Shown: positions 29,657 to 41,247 of the stretch, piece by piece
Numbering within the stretch: the stretch's first letter is position 1
Layout of the letters: every line of letters starts with the position of its first letter
From: an uncultured Actinomycetota bacterium
GTDB lineage: Bacteria; Actinomycetota; Actinomycetes; Actinomycetales; CAVURS01
Assembly: GCA_963743975.1 (NCBI GenBank)
Contig: CAVURS010000005.1
Location: 497,351-561,350, forward strand
Reading direction: 5' to 3'
DNA length: 64,000 bases
The notes under the pieces: model-generated
What the model saw: only the letters and a program-made list of their open reading frames with translations
Told to the model about the DNA's origin: nothing
Databases searched by the model: none
Program-made: the position numbers and the translations under genes

Positions 29657-30526
29657 GTGAGCGAGGCCTTCTTCCGACAGCTCGACCCGGCGGCCGGGAC
29701 CTTCCTGGCCACGCAGGCCTGCGTCGGCCCGTGGTCGCCGTCGGCGCAGCACGGCGGCCCCCCGTCGGCCCTGCTGGTCCGGCAGGCCGAGATCCAGGCC
29801 GAGATCCAGGCCGAGATCCAGGCCGGCCAGCCGGCCGGCCTCGGTGCCGGCCTGGCGGCGTACCGGGTGGCCGTGGAGTTCCTCGGCCCGGTGCCGGTCG
29901 GGGAGGTGGAGGTCAGCTCACGGGTGGTGCGCGCGGGGCGGTCCGTCGTCCTCGTCGAGGGCCGGCTGAGCGCGGACGGCCGGCCCTGCCTGCAGGCCCG
30001 CACCTGGCTGGTCCGCCGCGCGGCGGCCGGGCCCACGCCGGTGGTCGACGGCGACGACCCGGCCGTGCCCGGCCCCGACCGCCTCCCGTCCGACGAGTCC
30101 TGGACCTTCCCCTACGCCCGGCACGTCGAGTGGCGGCCGGTCAGCACCGACGGCTTCGGCCCGCACGACGCCGGCCCGGCCCGGGTGTGGGCCCGGCCCC
30201 GGGTCCCGCTCGTCGCGCCAGTGCCGAGTGACGACGCCCGCGGTGCCCACCCCGGTGCCGGGGTGATGAGCGGGCTGCAGCGGGCGGCCCTGGTCGGCGA
30301 CTCCGGCAGCGGGGTGTCGTCCGTGCTGTCCTGGGACGAGTGGTCGTTCGTCAACATCGACCTCGACATCCACCTGCTGCGGCAGGTCCGTGGGGACTGG
30401 CTGCTGCTGGACGCCACGACCCGGACCGGGCCGGACGGCACCGGCCTGGCGACCACGACGTTCCGGGACTCCGGCGGCGTGGTGGGCACCGGCTCCCAGA
30501 CGCTGGTGGTCTCACCCCGGGCCTAG
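29657..30526 (+). CDS. Thioesterase family protein (double hotdog)
   Basis: GPWSPSAQHGGPPSALL, VEFLGPVP, DSGSGVS and FVNIDLDIHLLR. Confidence 0.9.
   Translation: MSEAFFRQLDPAAGTFLATQACVGPWSPSAQHGGPPSALLVRQAEIQAEIQAEIQAGQPAGLGAGLAAYRVAVEFLGPVPVGEVEVSSRVVRAGRSVVLVEGRLSADGRPCLQARTWLVRRAAAGPTPVVDGDDPAVPGPDRLPSDESWTFPYARHVEWRPVSTDGFGPHDAGPARVWARPRVPLVAPVPSDDARGAHPGAGVMSGLQRAALVGDSGSGVSSVLSWDEWSFVNIDLDIHLLRQVRGDWLLLDATTRTGPDGTGLATTTFRDSGGVVGTGSQTLVVSPRA
29783..29825 (+). repeat. In-frame 12-bp tandem repeat (CAGGCCGAGATC x3.6)
   Basis: Encodes QAEIQAEIQAEIQA within the thioesterase. Confidence 0.9.
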
Positions 30527-30536
30527 GCTGGGAAAC

Positions 30537-32324
30537 GTGCCCCAGCTGCGCGTCGCGCTCGCCCAGGTCAACGCCACGGTCGGTGACCTCGCAGGCAACG
30601 CGGCCCGGATCCGGGAGTGGTCGGCCGCGGCGGCCGCCCGGGGCGCGCACCTGGTCGCCTTCCCCGAGATGTACCTCACGGGATACCCGGTCGAGGACCT
30701 CGCCCTGCGCCGCTCGTTCGTCGACGCCTCGGTCCAGGCGCTGCACCGGCTGGCCGCCGACCTCCAGCAGGACGGCCTGGGCGACCTGCCGGTCGTGGTC
30801 GGCTACCTCGACCACGCGCGGGGCCGGGACGCGGAGCTGGCCGAGCTCACCGAGGAGGGCGAGCGCAGCGAGGACGGCAGCACGGGCGTCCCCAAGGGCA
30901 TGCCCCAGGACTGCGCCGCGGTCCTGTACGGCGGGCAGGTCGTCGCCCGGTACGCCAAGCACCACCTGCCGAACTACGGGGTGTTCGACGAGTTCCGGAT
31001 CTTCGTGCCCGGGCACGAGCTGATGGTCGTCCGCGTCCGCGGGGTGGACGTGGCGATCGCGGTCTGCGAGGACCTCTGGCAGGACGGCGGCCCGGTGGCC
31101 AAGACCCGCGACGCCGGAGCCGAGCTGCTGCTCGTCGTCAACGCCTCGCCGTACGAGCGGAACAAGGACGACACCCGGCTCGCGCTGACGTCCCGCCGGG
31201 CCCGGGAGGCGGGCTGCACCCTGGCCTACGTCAACCTGGTCGGCGGCCAGGACGAGCTGGTGTTCGACGGTGACTCCCTGGTGGTCGACGTCCGCGGGGA
31301 GGTCCTGGCCCGCGGTCCGCAGTTCCAGGAGGACCTGCTCGTCGTCGACCTCGAGCTGAAGACCTCGACCGTGGACCCGGTGGACCCGCCGCACGGCGTC
31401 CAGCACGTGACGGTCTCCGAGGGCGAGCTGGGACCCTTCCCGCCCCTGCCGCCCAGCCTGTCCCGGCCGCTCGAGGAGACGGCGGAGGTCTACCAGGCGC
31501 TGACCCTGGGCCTGGGTGACTACGTGCGCAAGAACGGCTTCCGGTCGGTCGCCCTCGGCCTGTCCGGCGGGATCGACTCGGCACTCGTCGCCGTCCTGGC
31601 GGCGGACGCGATCGGCGGTGAGAACGTCGTCGGCGTCTCGATGCCCAGCGGCTACTCCAGCCCCGGCAGCCGCGACGACGCGGAGGACCTGGCCCGCCGG
31701 ATCGGGGCGCAGTACCGCGTCGAGCCGATCGGCGACCTGGTCGACGCGTTCCTCGGCCAGCTGCACTTCACCGGCATCGCCGAGGAGAACCTCCAGGCCC
31801 GCGTCCGCGGCGTGATCCTCATGGGCATCGGCAACTCCGAGGGCCACCTGGTGCTGGCCACCAGCAACAAGAGCGAGCTCGCCGTGGGCTACTCCACGCT
31901 CTACGGCGACTCCGTCGGTGGCTTCGCCCCGCTCAAGGACGTGCGCAAGACGCTGGTGTGGGAGCTGGCCCGGTGGCGCAACGCCGAGGCGCTGCGGCAG
32001 GGCCGGACCCAGCCCATCCCCGAGAGCTCGATCGTCAAGCCGCCCTCGGCCGAGCTGCGCCCCGGCCAGACCGACCAGGACAGCCTGCCGTCCTACGACG
32101 TGCTCGATCCCGTGCTGGAGGCCTACGTCGAGCGGGCGATGGGCCGCTCCGAGCTGCTGGAGGCCGGGTTCGACGCGGCGGTGGTCGACCACGTCGTCAC
32201 GCTCGTCGACCGGGCCGAGTGGAAGCGGCGCCAGTTCGCGCCGGGCACCAAGATCTCGCCGCTGGCCTTCGGCCGGGACCGGCGGCTGCCGGTCACCAGC
32301 CGATGGCGTGAGCACGAGTCCTGA
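30537..32324 (+). CDS. nadE: Glutamine-dependent NAD+ synthetase
   Basis: Nitrilase triad ([22 protein letters not shown]) plus synthetase motifs [22 protein letters not shown] and [13 protein letters not shown]. Confidence 0.96.
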   Translation: MPQLRVALAQVNATVGDLAGNAARIREWSAAAAARGAHLVAFPEMYLTGYPVEDLALRRSFVDASVQALHRLAADLQQDGLGDLPVVVGYLDHARGRDAELAELTEEGERSEDGSTGVPKGMPQDCAAVLYGGQVVARYAKHHLPNYGVFDEFRIFVPGHELMVVRVRGVDVAIAVCEDLWQDGGPVAKTRDAGAELLLVVNASPYERNKDDTRLALTSRRAREAGCTLAYVNLVGGQDELVFDGDSLVVDVRGEVLARGPQFQEDLLVVDLELKTSTVDPVDPPHGVQHVTVSEGELGPFPPLPPSLSRPLEETAEVYQALTLGLGDYVRKNGFRSVALGLSGGIDSALVAVLAADAIGGENVVGVSMPSGYSSPGSRDDAEDLARRIGAQYRVEPIGDLVDAFLGQLHFTGIAEENLQARVRGVILMGIGNSEGHLVLATSNKSELAVGYSTLYGDSVGGFAPLKDVRKTLVWELARWRNAEALRQGRTQPIPESSIVKPPSAELRPGQTDQDSLPSYDVLDPVLEAYVERAMGRSELLEAGFDAAVVDHVVTLVDRAEWKRRQFAPGTKISPLAFGRDRRLPVTSRWREHES

Positions 32325-32355
32325 CCTGACAGACCGACCACCGCACCGATCGGAG

Positions 32356-33240
32356 ATGGCGATGAGCCAGAGCACGGGCCCGGCCGAGCAGCCGGCGCCG
32401 TACGGGACGGGCCCGATCGCGGGCGGTGGTCGCTCCCCCGGCCGCCGGCGGGTCCGCATCCCGCAGCTGCAGGCCATGAAGGAGCGCGGCGAGCGGTGGG
32501 CGATGCTCACCGCCTACGAGCAGTACGCGGCCGAGATCTTCGACGAGGCCGGCATCCCGGTGCTGCTCGTGGGTGACTCGGCGGGCAACAACGTGTTCGC
32601 GTACGAGACGACGATCCCGGTCACGGTCGACCAGATGCTCATGCTGGTGGCCGCCGTCTCCCGCAGCGCGAAGCACTCGCTCGTCGTCGGTGACCTGCCG
32701 TTCGGGTCCTACCAGGCCTCACCGCAGCAGGCGGTCGAGACGGCGACCCGCTTCATGAAGGAGGGCGGCGCCCACGCCGTGAAGCTCGAGGGCGGCCGGC
32801 AGGTGGTGCCGCAGGTGGCGGCGCTCACGGCGGCCGGCATCCCGGTGATGGCGCACATCGGCTTCACGCCCCAGAGCGAGCACGCGATCGGCGGCTACCG
32901 GATCCAGGGCCGCGGCGAGCAGGCGCAACGGCTGATCGACGACGCCCGGGCGCTGGAGGAGGCTGGGGCCTTCGCCGTGGTCATGGAGATGGTGCCGGCC
33001 GACGTCGCGGAGCAGGTGACCAAGGCCCTGCGGATACCGACCATCGGCATCGGCGCCGGGCCGCACTGCGACGCGCAGGTGCTCGTCTGGTCGGACATGG
33101 CCGGCCTGCGCGGCGGCCGGATGGCCCACTTCGTCAAGCAGTACGCCGACCTGCGCGGCACGCTGCTGGCGGCGGCGAAGGCCTATGCCGAGGAGGTCGG
33201 CTCGGGGGCGTTCCCCACGGCCGAGCAGAGCTTCGACTGA
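32356..33240 (+). CDS. panB: 3-methyl-2-oxobutanoate hydroxymethyltransferase
   Basis: MLTAYE, LLVGDS, DLPFGSY, VKLEGG, HIGFTPQ and PTIGIGAG. Confidence 0.96.
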   Translation: MAMSQSTGPAEQPAPYGTGPIAGGGRSPGRRRVRIPQLQAMKERGERWAMLTAYEQYAAEIFDEAGIPVLLVGDSAGNNVFAYETTIPVTVDQMLMLVAAVSRSAKHSLVVGDLPFGSYQASPQQAVETATRFMKEGGAHAVKLEGGRQVVPQVAALTAAGIPVMAHIGFTPQSEHAIGGYRIQGRGEQAQRLIDDARALEEAGAFAVVMEMVPADVAEQVTKALRIPTIGIGAGPHCDAQVLVWSDMAGLRGGRMAHFVKQYADLRGTLLAAAKAYAEEVGSGAFPTAEQSFD

Positions 33241-33271
33241 CCCGCAGGGGGCACCGGATAGCGTCGTGTCC

Positions 33272-34274
33272 ATGAGTGAGCTGACGGTCGGTTACGCCGC
33301 GATGCTGGAGCAGTTCCCGCCGGGTGAGGCGGTGGCGTTGACCGCGTACGCCGAGGAGCACGGGTTCTCCGGCTGCATGGCGGCCGACCACTTCCAGCCG
33401 TGGGTTCCGCAGCAGGGGCAGGCGTCGTTCGTGTGGAACGTGCTGACCGCGGTCGGTGAGCGGACGCGGGGCGACCTGGGTCCGGGAGTGACCTGCCCGT
33501 CGTTCCGGTTCCATCCGGCGATCGTGGCCCAGGCCGCGGCGACGCTGGAGGCGATGTACCCCGGCCGGTCCTGGCTCGGCCTGGGGTCCGGCGAGGCGCT
33601 CAACGAGCACGTCGTCGCCGGGTACTGGCCGGAGGCGGGCGAGCGCTCGCTGCGGATGTTCGAGGCGGTCGAGCTGATCAAGAAGCTGTTCGATGCCTCG
33701 GTGGCGGGCAAGGAGATCAAGCACGCCGGGCCGGTACTTCACGATGGAGACGACCCGGCTGTGGACCATGCCGGAGACGCCGCCGCCGGTGCTGGTGGCC
33801 ACGGCCGGACCGATCAACGCCAAGAAGACCGGGAAGTTCGCCGACGGGATCATCACCGTGGGCGCGCCGCTGGAGAAGATCGGCGGCCTGTTCGACCGGT
33901 TCGCCGAGGGCGCCCGCGAGGCCGGCAAGGACCCCGACGCGATGCCCCGGATCCTGCAGCTGCACCTGTCCTGGGCCGACACCGACGAGCAGGCCCTGAC
34001 CAACGCGATGACCGAGTGGCCCAACGGCGGCATGAAGTTCGGCAAGGCCGACATCCGCTCGCCCCACGACTTCGCCGCGATGGCCCAGCTGGTGCGCCCC
34101 GAGGACTTCGAGGGACGGCTGGTCATCTCCGCCGACCCCGACGTGCACCGCGCGTACATCCAGCGGTTCGTCGACCTCGGCTTCGACCGGGTCTACCTGC
34201 ACAACGTCGGCCGCAACCAGCGCGAGTGGATCGAGGTCTTCGGCCGCGAGGTGCTCCCCAAGCTGCACCGCTGA
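33272..34274 (+). CDS. LLM-class F420-dependent oxidoreductase (G6PDH-like family); one indel
   Basis: GYAAMLEQF, ADHFQPW, GVTCPSFRFHPAIVAQ and GSGEALNEH; continues in ORF 33693-34274. Confidence 0.9.
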
Positions 34275-34319
34275 CGTGTCCGGCTGAAGCCGGGAGCCGC
34301 CGCTGCCGATAGGCAGCAC

Positions 34320-34874
34320 GTGGACGGTCACCAGGTCGAGCGGCTGCGGGCCGCGCTGCGCGGCACCGCGTGGTGGGCCCGAGCCGCCGGGCTCGGCGCG
34401 GCCGTCCGCCGGACCGGCGCACCCGGTGGCCTGCTGGTCGTCGGGACGCCCGGGGACGAGCCCTGGCACTTCACGGCCCACCTGGACGACCAGGCCCGCT
34501 GGTCCGGTCTCGGGCAGCTGCGGCCGACCCTGGTCCGCTGGGCCCCGCCGCCCGGCGCGCCACCCCACCTGGCGGTGGGTCTGGACCGCCTGCAGGCGGC
34601 GACGCGCGGGGAGACGGTCGTCGTGGTGGCCCCCGAGACGGCGCCCGAGGGGCTGCTGGAGCGGATCGCCGACGCGCGACGGGTGGGCGCCACCGTGGTC
34701 TCGCTCGACACGGGCGACCCCGACCTCGGCGACCTGGCGCACGAGCGGTTCGTGGTCGGCCCGAGCGGCCTGGCCCTCCCCCGCGGCGTCAGCGGCCTCG
34801 GCGCCGGGCTGGAGGTCGCGCAGCACCTGGTGACGAGCGCCGCCGGCGCCGACGACCGGGTCCGGTCACGCTGA
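34320..34874 (+). CDS. Hypothetical protein, possibly SIS-like alpha/beta fold
   Basis: LLVVGTP...EPWHFTAHL...LLERIADARRVGATVVSLD...LEVAQHLV. Confidence 0.7.
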   Translation: MDGHQVERLRAALRGTAWWARAAGLGAAVRRTGAPGGLLVVGTPGDEPWHFTAHLDDQARWSGLGQLRPTLVRWAPPPGAPPHLAVGLDRLQAATRGETVVVVAPETAPEGLLERIADARRVGATVVSLDTGDPDLGDLAHERFVVGPSGLALPRGVSGLGAGLEVAQHLVTSAAGADDRVRSR

Positions 34875-34905
34875 CGTCGTCGGAACGCGACGGGCCGACG
34901 ACGGC

Positions 34906-35100
34906 TCAGGAGGGCTGCTGGCCTCGCTTCTCCCACTCCGCGTCCTCGCGCTCCCACTTCTCGTTGCGCTCGCGGGCGATCTCCAGGGCGCGGGCCGCGT
35001 CCTCCTTGGTCTTGTACGGACCGAGGATGTCGCGGTTGGGGCCGTGGTCGTCGTCCGGCTCGACCTGACCTGTCTTGACGTTGTACCACCACTGGTCCAT
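34906..35100 (-). CDS. Small conserved actinobacterial protein divergent from map
   Basis: WWYNVKTGQVE...LGPYKTKEDAARALEIARERNEKWERED. Confidence 0.85.
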   Translation of the reverse strand: MDQWWYNVKTGQVEPDDDHGPNRDILGPYKTKEDAARALEIARERNEKWEREDAEWEKRGQQPS

Positions 35101-35228
35101 GCCGCATTCTGACGCGGCTCGGGTCGAGCGCACCACCCGAGCGCCGCGGTCCTCGCAGCCGGCCGTCGGACCGGACCTCTGACGGGCCCAGGCGGCCCTC
35201 CCGGCCCGGCCTGCCTAGACTCCGGACC

Positions 35229-36094
35229 ATGCCTCTGATCTACGGCAGCGTCGCGCCAGGGGTCGTGTCGCCCCGGCGGCCGGTGCCGGCGAGCATCGCG
35301 CGGCCGGAGTACGTCGACCGGCCCGCGCCCGAGGCTGTACACCGGGCCGGAGGTCAAGGACGCCGAGACGATCGAGAAGATGCGCCTCGCCGGCCGGATC
35401 GCCGCGCAGGCGATGGCCGCGGCCGCGGACGCGATCGCGCCCGGCGTGACGACCGACGAGCTCGACCGCGTCGGGTCACGAGTTCCTGCTCGACCACGGC
35501 GCCTACCCGTCGACCCTGGGCTACAAGGGCTTTCCCAAGTCGCTGTGCACGAGCGTCAACGAGGTGGTCTGCCACGGCATCCCGGACGACCGGGAGCTGC
35601 AGGACGGCGACATCGTCAACATCGACATCACCGCCTTCGTCGACGGGGTCCACGGCGACACCGACGCGACATACCTCGTCGGCGACGTCGACGAGGAGTC
35701 CCGGCTGCTCGTGGAGCGCACCCACGAGGCGATGATGCGCGGGATCAGAGCCGTGCGGCCCGGCCGGGAGATGAACGTGATCGGCCGCGTCATCGAGTCC
35801 TACGCCAAGCGCTTCGGGTACGGCGTGGTCCGTGACTTCACCGGGCACGGCATCGGCCGGGCGTTCCACTCGGGCTTGATCGTGCCGCACTACGACGCCG
35901 CGCCCGGCTACGCCACCCTCATCGAGGAGGGCATGACGTTCACCATCGAGCCGATGCTCAACCTCGGCACCGCGGCCTGGGACATGTGGGACGACGGCTG
36001 GACGGTGGTCACGAAGGACCGCCGCCGGTCGGCCCAGTTCGAGCACACCCTCCTCGTCACCGCCACCGGCGCCGAGATCCTCACCACGCCCTAG
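35229..36094 (+). CDS. map: Methionine aminopeptidase type I; indels
   Basis: [41 protein letters not shown] and SAQFEHT. Confidence 0.95.
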
Positions 36095-36124
36095 CCCGAC
36101 TGCAGCCCAGCGAAGGACACGCAC

Positions 36125-36883
36125 ATGGACCACGAGATCGGGCTCGGCATCGACATCGGCGGCAGCGGCATCAAGGGCGCGCCGGTCAACCTGCAGACCG
36201 GGGAGCTGGAGTCCGACCGCCTGCGCGTGGACACCCCGAAGCCGTCCACGCCGGACGCGGTCGCCGACGTGGTCGCCGAGATCGTCGACCACTTCAGCGG
36301 GCATGCCGACGGCCGGCCGGTCGGCGTGACGATCCCGGCCGTGGTCAAGTCGGGCGTCGTGCGCACGGCGGCCAACATCGACCAGAGCTGGATCGGGGCC
36401 AACGGCGCGGCGCTGCTCTCCGAGCGGGTGCACCGCCCGGTGCACCTGATGAACGACGCCGACGCGGCCGGCTTGGCCGAGGCGCGGTACGGCGCGGCGA
36501 GGGCCACCAAGGGCCTGGTCTTCATGGCGACGCTGGGCACGGGCATCGGATCGGCTCTGCTGTACGACGGGACGCTCATCCCCAACGCCGAGCTCGGCCA
36601 CCTCGAGATCGACGGGCACGACGCGGAGAAGCGCGCCGCCTCCAGCATCAAGGAGCAGGAGGGGCTGTCCTGGGAGGTCTGGGCCGAGCGGCTGCAGCAG
36701 TACTTCAGCCGGATCGAGGACCTGCTGTGGCCGGACCTGATCGTCGTCGGCGGAGGCGTCAGCAAGAAGGCCGACAAGTTCCTGCCGCTGCTGCACCTGC
36801 GCGCGCCGATCGTCGCCGCCCAGCTCATGAACAGCGCGGGGATCGTGGGAGCGGCCCGGCTGGCCCACGAGCGCCAGCTCTGA
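36125..36883 (+). CDS. ppgK: Polyphosphate glucokinase (ROK family)
   Basis: [44 protein letters not shown] and AGIVGAA. Confidence 0.93.
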   Translation: MDHEIGLGIDIGGSGIKGAPVNLQTGELESDRLRVDTPKPSTPDAVADVVAEIVDHFSGHADGRPVGVTIPAVVKSGVVRTAANIDQSWIGANGAALLSERVHRPVHLMNDADAAGLAEARYGAARATKGLVFMATLGTGIGSALLYDGTLIPNAELGHLEIDGHDAEKRAASSIKEQEGLSWEVWAERLQQYFSRIEDLLWPDLIVVGGGVSKKADKFLPLLHLRAPIVAAQLMNSAGIVGAARLAHERQL

Positions 36884-36910
36884 ACCTGCCCCCGTCGCCC
36901 TGAGCGCGGC

Positions 36911-39523
36911 TCAGGGGCTCGTCGGCCGACGCGGCCGCAGCAGCAGGTCGGCCACGGCCGCCGTCCACCCGGTCTGGTGCTCGGCCCCGAGGCCGGCGCC
37001 GGTGTCGCCGTCGAAGTACTCGTGGAACCACAGCTGTCCGCTCCACCGCGGATCGTCGTCCAGCCGGGTGCGGCCCGCGTTCACCGGCCGGTGCCCGTCC
37101 GGACCCCGGCGGAACAGCCCGGTCACGTCAGCGGACAGCCGTTCGAGCCAGGCCGACAGCGGCAGCGGGCCGCCGCCGGGAGCCGTCACCTCGACGTCGT
37201 GGAACCGCGCGTGCTGGCGCAGCCCGTCGACCAGCAGCAGGTTCGCCGGCATCCACACGGGTCCACGCCAGTTGGAGTTGCCGCCGTACAGCCGGGTGGT
37301 CGACTCGGCCGGCTCGTAGTCGGCCGTCGCCACGACACCGTCGAGCTCGATCCGCACGGGGTCGGTCGCGTGCACCCGGGACAGCGACCGCACGCCGTGC
37401 CCGGACCAGAACTCCGCGGGGTCGACGACCCGAGCCAGGATGCGCACCAGCCGCTCTTGGTTGACCAAGGACAACAGTCGCTGCCCGCGCTCGTTCGCGG
37501 CGCTGACGCACCCGGCCAGGTCCGGCCGCTTGCGCAGGAAGGTGGCCAGCCGGGCGCTGAACGACGGGAGCCGGGCGATGACGTCCTGGTCCAGGACCGC
37601 CGTGGCGACGAGAGGCATCAGGCCGACGAACGACCGCGCGCGGATCGGCACCCGCTCGCCCGCTGCCGAGAGCAGCTGGTCGTAGTAGAAGCCGTCCGCC
37701 TCGTCCCAGAGGCCGTGCCGCTCCAGCGCGTCCGCGATCAGGGCGAAGTGCTCGAAGAACGTGACCGCGAGGTCCTCGTACGTCGGGTCGGTCCCGGCCA
37801 GCTGGACCGCGATGTTGAGCATGCCGAGGCAGTACAGCCCCATCCACGCGGTGGCGTCGGCCTGGGCCAGGGACTGACCGGGCGGCAGGTGTGAGCGGTC
37901 GATCGGCCCGATGTTGTCCAGCCCGAGGAAACCGCCGGTGAAGATGTTGTCGCCCAGCGTGTCCTCGCGGTTCGTCCACCACGTGACGTTGAGCAGCAGC
38001 TTGTGGAACACCCGGGTCAGGAAGTCGACGTCGCCCCGCCCGTCCAGGCTGAAGACCCGCAGGGCGGCCCAGGCCTGCACCGGCGGGTTCACGTCGTCGA
38101 ACGCCCACTCGTAGGCGGGCAGCTGGCCGTTCGGATGCTGGTACCAGTCGCGCTCCAGCAGCAGGAGCTGCTGCTTGGCCAGCCCCGGATCGACGTGGGC
38201 GAGGGCCACCGCATGGAAGGCCAGGTCCCAGGCGGCGAACCAGGGGTACTCCCAGGTGTCCGGCATCACGATCACGTCGTGCGCGTCCAGGTGCTGCCAG
38301 CGCACGTTGCGGCCCCACAGCCGCTCCACCGGCGGTCGCGGGCCGGCCGGGTCGCCGAACATCCACGTCCGCACGTCGTAGTGGTAGAACTGCTCGCTCC
38401 ACAGCAGTCCGGACAGGGCCTGCCGGGCGATCCCCTGGCCCTCGGCGTCGAGCCCCGACAACCCGGGGACGCCGGCCCAGAACGCCGACGCCTCCGCCTC
38501 GCGCCGGCTCAGCACCCGGGTGAACTCGTCCCCCAGGTCCCCGGGCTCGCCTCCCGCGCACAGCCGGACGCGCACCTCTGCCGTGCCACCGGCCGGCACG
38601 GAGAGCTGGTGCCAGACAGCGGCTTTCGTGCCGCGGGCCCCCGGGTTGACCGACCCGCTGCCGGCCACCACGTGGTCGTTGATCCCGTCCTTGGGGTACG
38701 CCGACCGGCCGGGCACGCCGTACAGGCGTACGCTGTTAGTTTCGTTGTCACAGAACAATGGTGTGGTGTGCGGGTCGGCCACGTCGTACGTCAGCGTCAT
38801 CGGTCCGAGCCGCTCGTGCGTGAGGACCAACGTGCCGTTCGTGCCCTGGGAGATCGACGGCACGGCCGCATCGGCCGCACCCCACGCCCAGGTGTTGCGG
38901 AACCACACCTGGGGCAGCACGTGCACCGTGGCCGGTTCCGGCCCGGCGTTGGTCACGCTCACCAGCAGGCAGATGTCGTCCGGCGCCGCCTTGGCGTAGC
39001 TGACGTCGACGACCCAGTAGCGGTCGTCGTCGAACACGCCGGTGTCGAGCAGCTCGAACTCCGGCACGTCCTGGCCGCGTCGCGCGTTCTCCGCCACCAG
39101 CTCGTCGTACGGGAACGCCCGTTGCGGGTAGTGGTAGCGCCACCGCAGCCACGAGTGGGTCGGCGTCGCGTCGAGGTGCCAGTAGCACTCCTTGACGTCC
39201 TCCCCGTGGTTGCCCTCGGGCCCGGTCAGCCCGAACGGCCGCTCCTTCAGGATCGGGTCCTCGCCGTTCCACAGGCCCAGCCCGAGACACAGCAGCTGGT
39301 CCCGGTCGCAGACGGCGGCCAGGCCGTCCTCGTTCCAGCGGTACGTGCGGGACCGGGCGTGGTCGTGCGGGAAGAACGTCCACGCCTCACCGTCCGCGGA
39401 GTAGTCCTCGCGGACCGTGCCCCACGCGCGGGCGGCCACGAACGGCCCCCAGCGACGCCACCCACCGGCGTCGGCGCCGGCCAGCCGGTCGCGCTCCGGG
39501 TCCCCGGCACCGCCGGTGCTCAC
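36911..39523 (-). CDS. MGH1-like glycoside hydrolase (GH63-related glucosidase)
   Basis: [51 protein letters not shown] and [22 protein letters not shown]. Confidence 0.92.
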   Translation of the reverse strand: MSTGGAGDPERDRLAGADAGGWRRWGPFVAARAWGTVREDYSADGEAWTFFPHDHARSRTYRWNEDGLAAVCDRDQLLCLGLGLWNGEDPILKERPFGLTGPEGNHGEDVKECYWHLDATPTHSWLRWRYHYPQRAFPYDELVAENARRGQDVPEFELLDTGVFDDDRYWVVDVSYAKAAPDDICLLVSVTNAGPEPATVHVLPQVWFRNTWAWGAADAAVPSISQGTNGTLVLTHERLGPMTLTYDVADPHTTPLFCDNETNSVRLYGVPGRSAYPKDGINDHVVAGSGSVNPGARGTKAAVWHQLSVPAGGTAEVRVRLCAGGEPGDLGDEFTRVLSRREAEASAFWAGVPGLSGLDAEGQGIARQALSGLLWSEQFYHYDVRTWMFGDPAGPRPPVERLWGRNVRWQHLDAHDVIVMPDTWEYPWFAAWDLAFHAVALAHVDPGLAKQQLLLLERDWYQHPNGQLPAYEWAFDDVNPPVQAWAALRVFSLDGRGDVDFLTRVFHKLLLNVTWWTNREDTLGDNIFTGGFLGLDNIGPIDRSHLPPGQSLAQADATAWMGLYCLGMLNIAVQLAGTDPTYEDLAVTFFEHFALIADALERHGLWDEADGFYYDQLLSAAGERVPIRARSFVGLMPLVATAVLDQDVIARLPSFSARLATFLRKRPDLAGCVSAANERGQRLLSLVNQERLVRILARVVDPAEFWSGHGVRSLSRVHATDPVRIELDGVVATADYEPAESTTRLYGGNSNWRGPVWMPANLLLVDGLRQHARFHDVEVTAPGGGPLPLSAWLERLSADVTGLFRRGPDGHRPVNAGRTRLDDDPRWSGQLWFHEYFDGDTGAGLGAEHQTGWTAAVADLLLRPRRPTSP

Positions 39524-39538
39524 GTCGGCCGCTCCTGC

Positions 39539-39961
39539 TCAGCCCGGCGCCCGCACCTGGAACGCCGCCTGCCAGGTGTCCTGGCCCTCGCCGTCGATCT
39601 CCAGCCGCCAGACGTAGCCGCCGGGACGCAGGGCCAGTCCGGGCGCGATGGAGACGGACAGGGCCACGTCCAGCGGCATGCCGAGCGGGACACCGGCGGG
39701 GCGCCCGGTCTCGAAGTCGCTCTCGATCCGGACCTCGCCCCCGTCCGGGCCGTCGGGCTGGACGGGGCGGCCGTCCTCGTCGATCAGCGTGAGCACCGCG
39801 TGATGGGTCTCGTTGGCCAGGTCCCAGGGGACCTTGATGAAGACCACCACGGCCTGGGCGGGCAACGGGGTGACCGTGACCGTCCAGCCGAGGCCGAGCG
39901 CGTGGATCTTGCCCTCGGAGCTTCGTTGGGCCGCATCGGCCAGCAGGATGTGTGCCTCCAC
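39539..39961 (-). CDS. Hypothetical protein (DUF6941-like)
   Basis: LLADAAQ..GKIHALGLGW...VPW...PGGYVWRLEIDG. Confidence 0.75.
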   Translation of the reverse strand: MEAHILLADAAQRSSEGKIHALGLGWTVTVTPLPAQAVVVFIKVPWDLANETHHAVLTLIDEDGRPVQPDGPDGGEVRIESDFETGRPAGVPLGMPLDVALSVSIAPGLALRPGGYVWRLEIDGEGQDTWQAAFQVRAPG

Positions 39962-39989
39962 GCGGACAGTCTGACCTACCGGCTCCGCC

Positions 39990-40247
39990 CTACGCCGAGC
40001 GACCGAGACCCCGGCGCAGCAGCTCGTCGTGCAGCCGCCGGCGCTCGCGCCGGAGCTGGCGGGTCTGCCGGTCGGTGCCGATCGGCCGACCCGCCAGCTG
40101 GGCGTCCAGCGCCTCGATCCGCGCCGAGATCTGGTCGCTGTCCAGGGCCCGCCCGGGACCCGGCCGGCCCGGGATCAGCGCGAGCGCCACGGTGACGAAC
40201 GCCGTGAGCGGGATGACGGCGATCAGGACGTAGGCCAGCGGGGTCAC
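39990..40247 (-). CDS. Small membrane protein
   Basis: N-terminal TM helix followed by a basic coiled coil. Confidence 0.6.
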   Translation of the reverse strand: MTPLAYVLIAVIPLTAFVTVALALIPGRPGPGRALDSDQISARIEALDAQLAGRPIGTDRQTRQLRRERRRLHDELLRRGLGRSA

Positions 40248-40308
40248 CGGTCGACCCTCGCACGCCCGCCTGAACCGTTCGCACGAGGGTCGTTTGCTAC
40301 GGTTCGCG

Positions 40309-41247
40309 ATGATGATCACCGCTGACGGTCTCACCAAGCGGTACGGCGAGGTCACCGCCCTCGACGGGCTGAGCGTCGAGCTCCAGCCCGGGATCGTCGG
40401 GCTCGTCGGCGCCAACGGTGCCGGGAAGTCCACGCTGATCAAGATCCTGCTGGGCCTCCTGCCGGCCACGGCCGGGCGGGCCGAGGTCCTCGGGCTGGAC
40501 GTCCGCGCCGACGGCGCCCGGATCCGCCAGCTCGTGGGTTACATGCCCGAGCACGACTGCCTGCCGCCGGACGTGTCGGCCACCGAGTTCGTCCTGCACA
40601 TGGCCCGGATGTCGGGCCTGCCCATGGCGGCGGCGCGGCAGCGCACGGCCGACACGCTGCGCCACGTCGGGCTGTACGAGGAGCGGTACCGCGCGGTGGG
40701 TGGCTACTCGACGGGCATGAAGCAGCGGGTCAAGCTGGCCCAGGCACTCGTCCACGACCCCGGCCTGGTGCTGCTGGACGAGCCCACGAACGGTCTCGAC
40801 CCTGCCGGCCGGGACCAGATGCTCGCCCTGCTGCGCCGGGTGGGCACCGACTTCGGCATCCCGATGCTGGTCACGTCGCACCTGCTCGGCGAGCTGGAAC
40901 AGATCTGCGACCACGTCGTCGTCATCGACGGCGGCCGGCTGCTGCGCTCGTCCGCGACGGCCGACGTCACCTCGGCCAGCGGGATCATCGCGGTCGAGGT
41001 CGACGAACGGCTGGACGCCCTGGCCGCCGCGCTCGTCCGGGCCGGGCTGGTCGTGCACCCGGCCGGCCGGCAGGTGGAGGTGGAGCTCGTCGACGACGCG
41101 ACGTACGACGTGGTGCGGGACACCGTCGTCGACCTGGGCGTGGGGCTGCTCCGGATGGAGCGCCGCCGGCACCGGATGGCCGAGATCTTCCGGGCCGACC
41201 CGAGCCTCGACGTGACCGGGAGGGGGCCGGATGTCGCAGCCAGCTGA
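40309..41247 (+). CDS. ABC transporter ATP-binding protein
   Basis: GANGAGKST, YSTGMKQR, LLDEP and TSH. Confidence 0.95.
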   Translation: MMITADGLTKRYGEVTALDGLSVELQPGIVGLVGANGAGKSTLIKILLGLLPATAGRAEVLGLDVRADGARIRQLVGYMPEHDCLPPDVSATEFVLHMARMSGLPMAAARQRTADTLRHVGLYEERYRAVGGYSTGMKQRVKLAQALVHDPGLVLLDEPTNGLDPAGRDQMLALLRRVGTDFGIPMLVTSHLLGELEQICDHVVVIDGGRLLRSSATADVTSASGIIAVEVDERLDALAAALVRAGLVVHPAGRQVEVELVDDATYDVVRDTVVDLGVGLLRMERRRHRMAEIFRADPSLDVTGRGPDVAAS

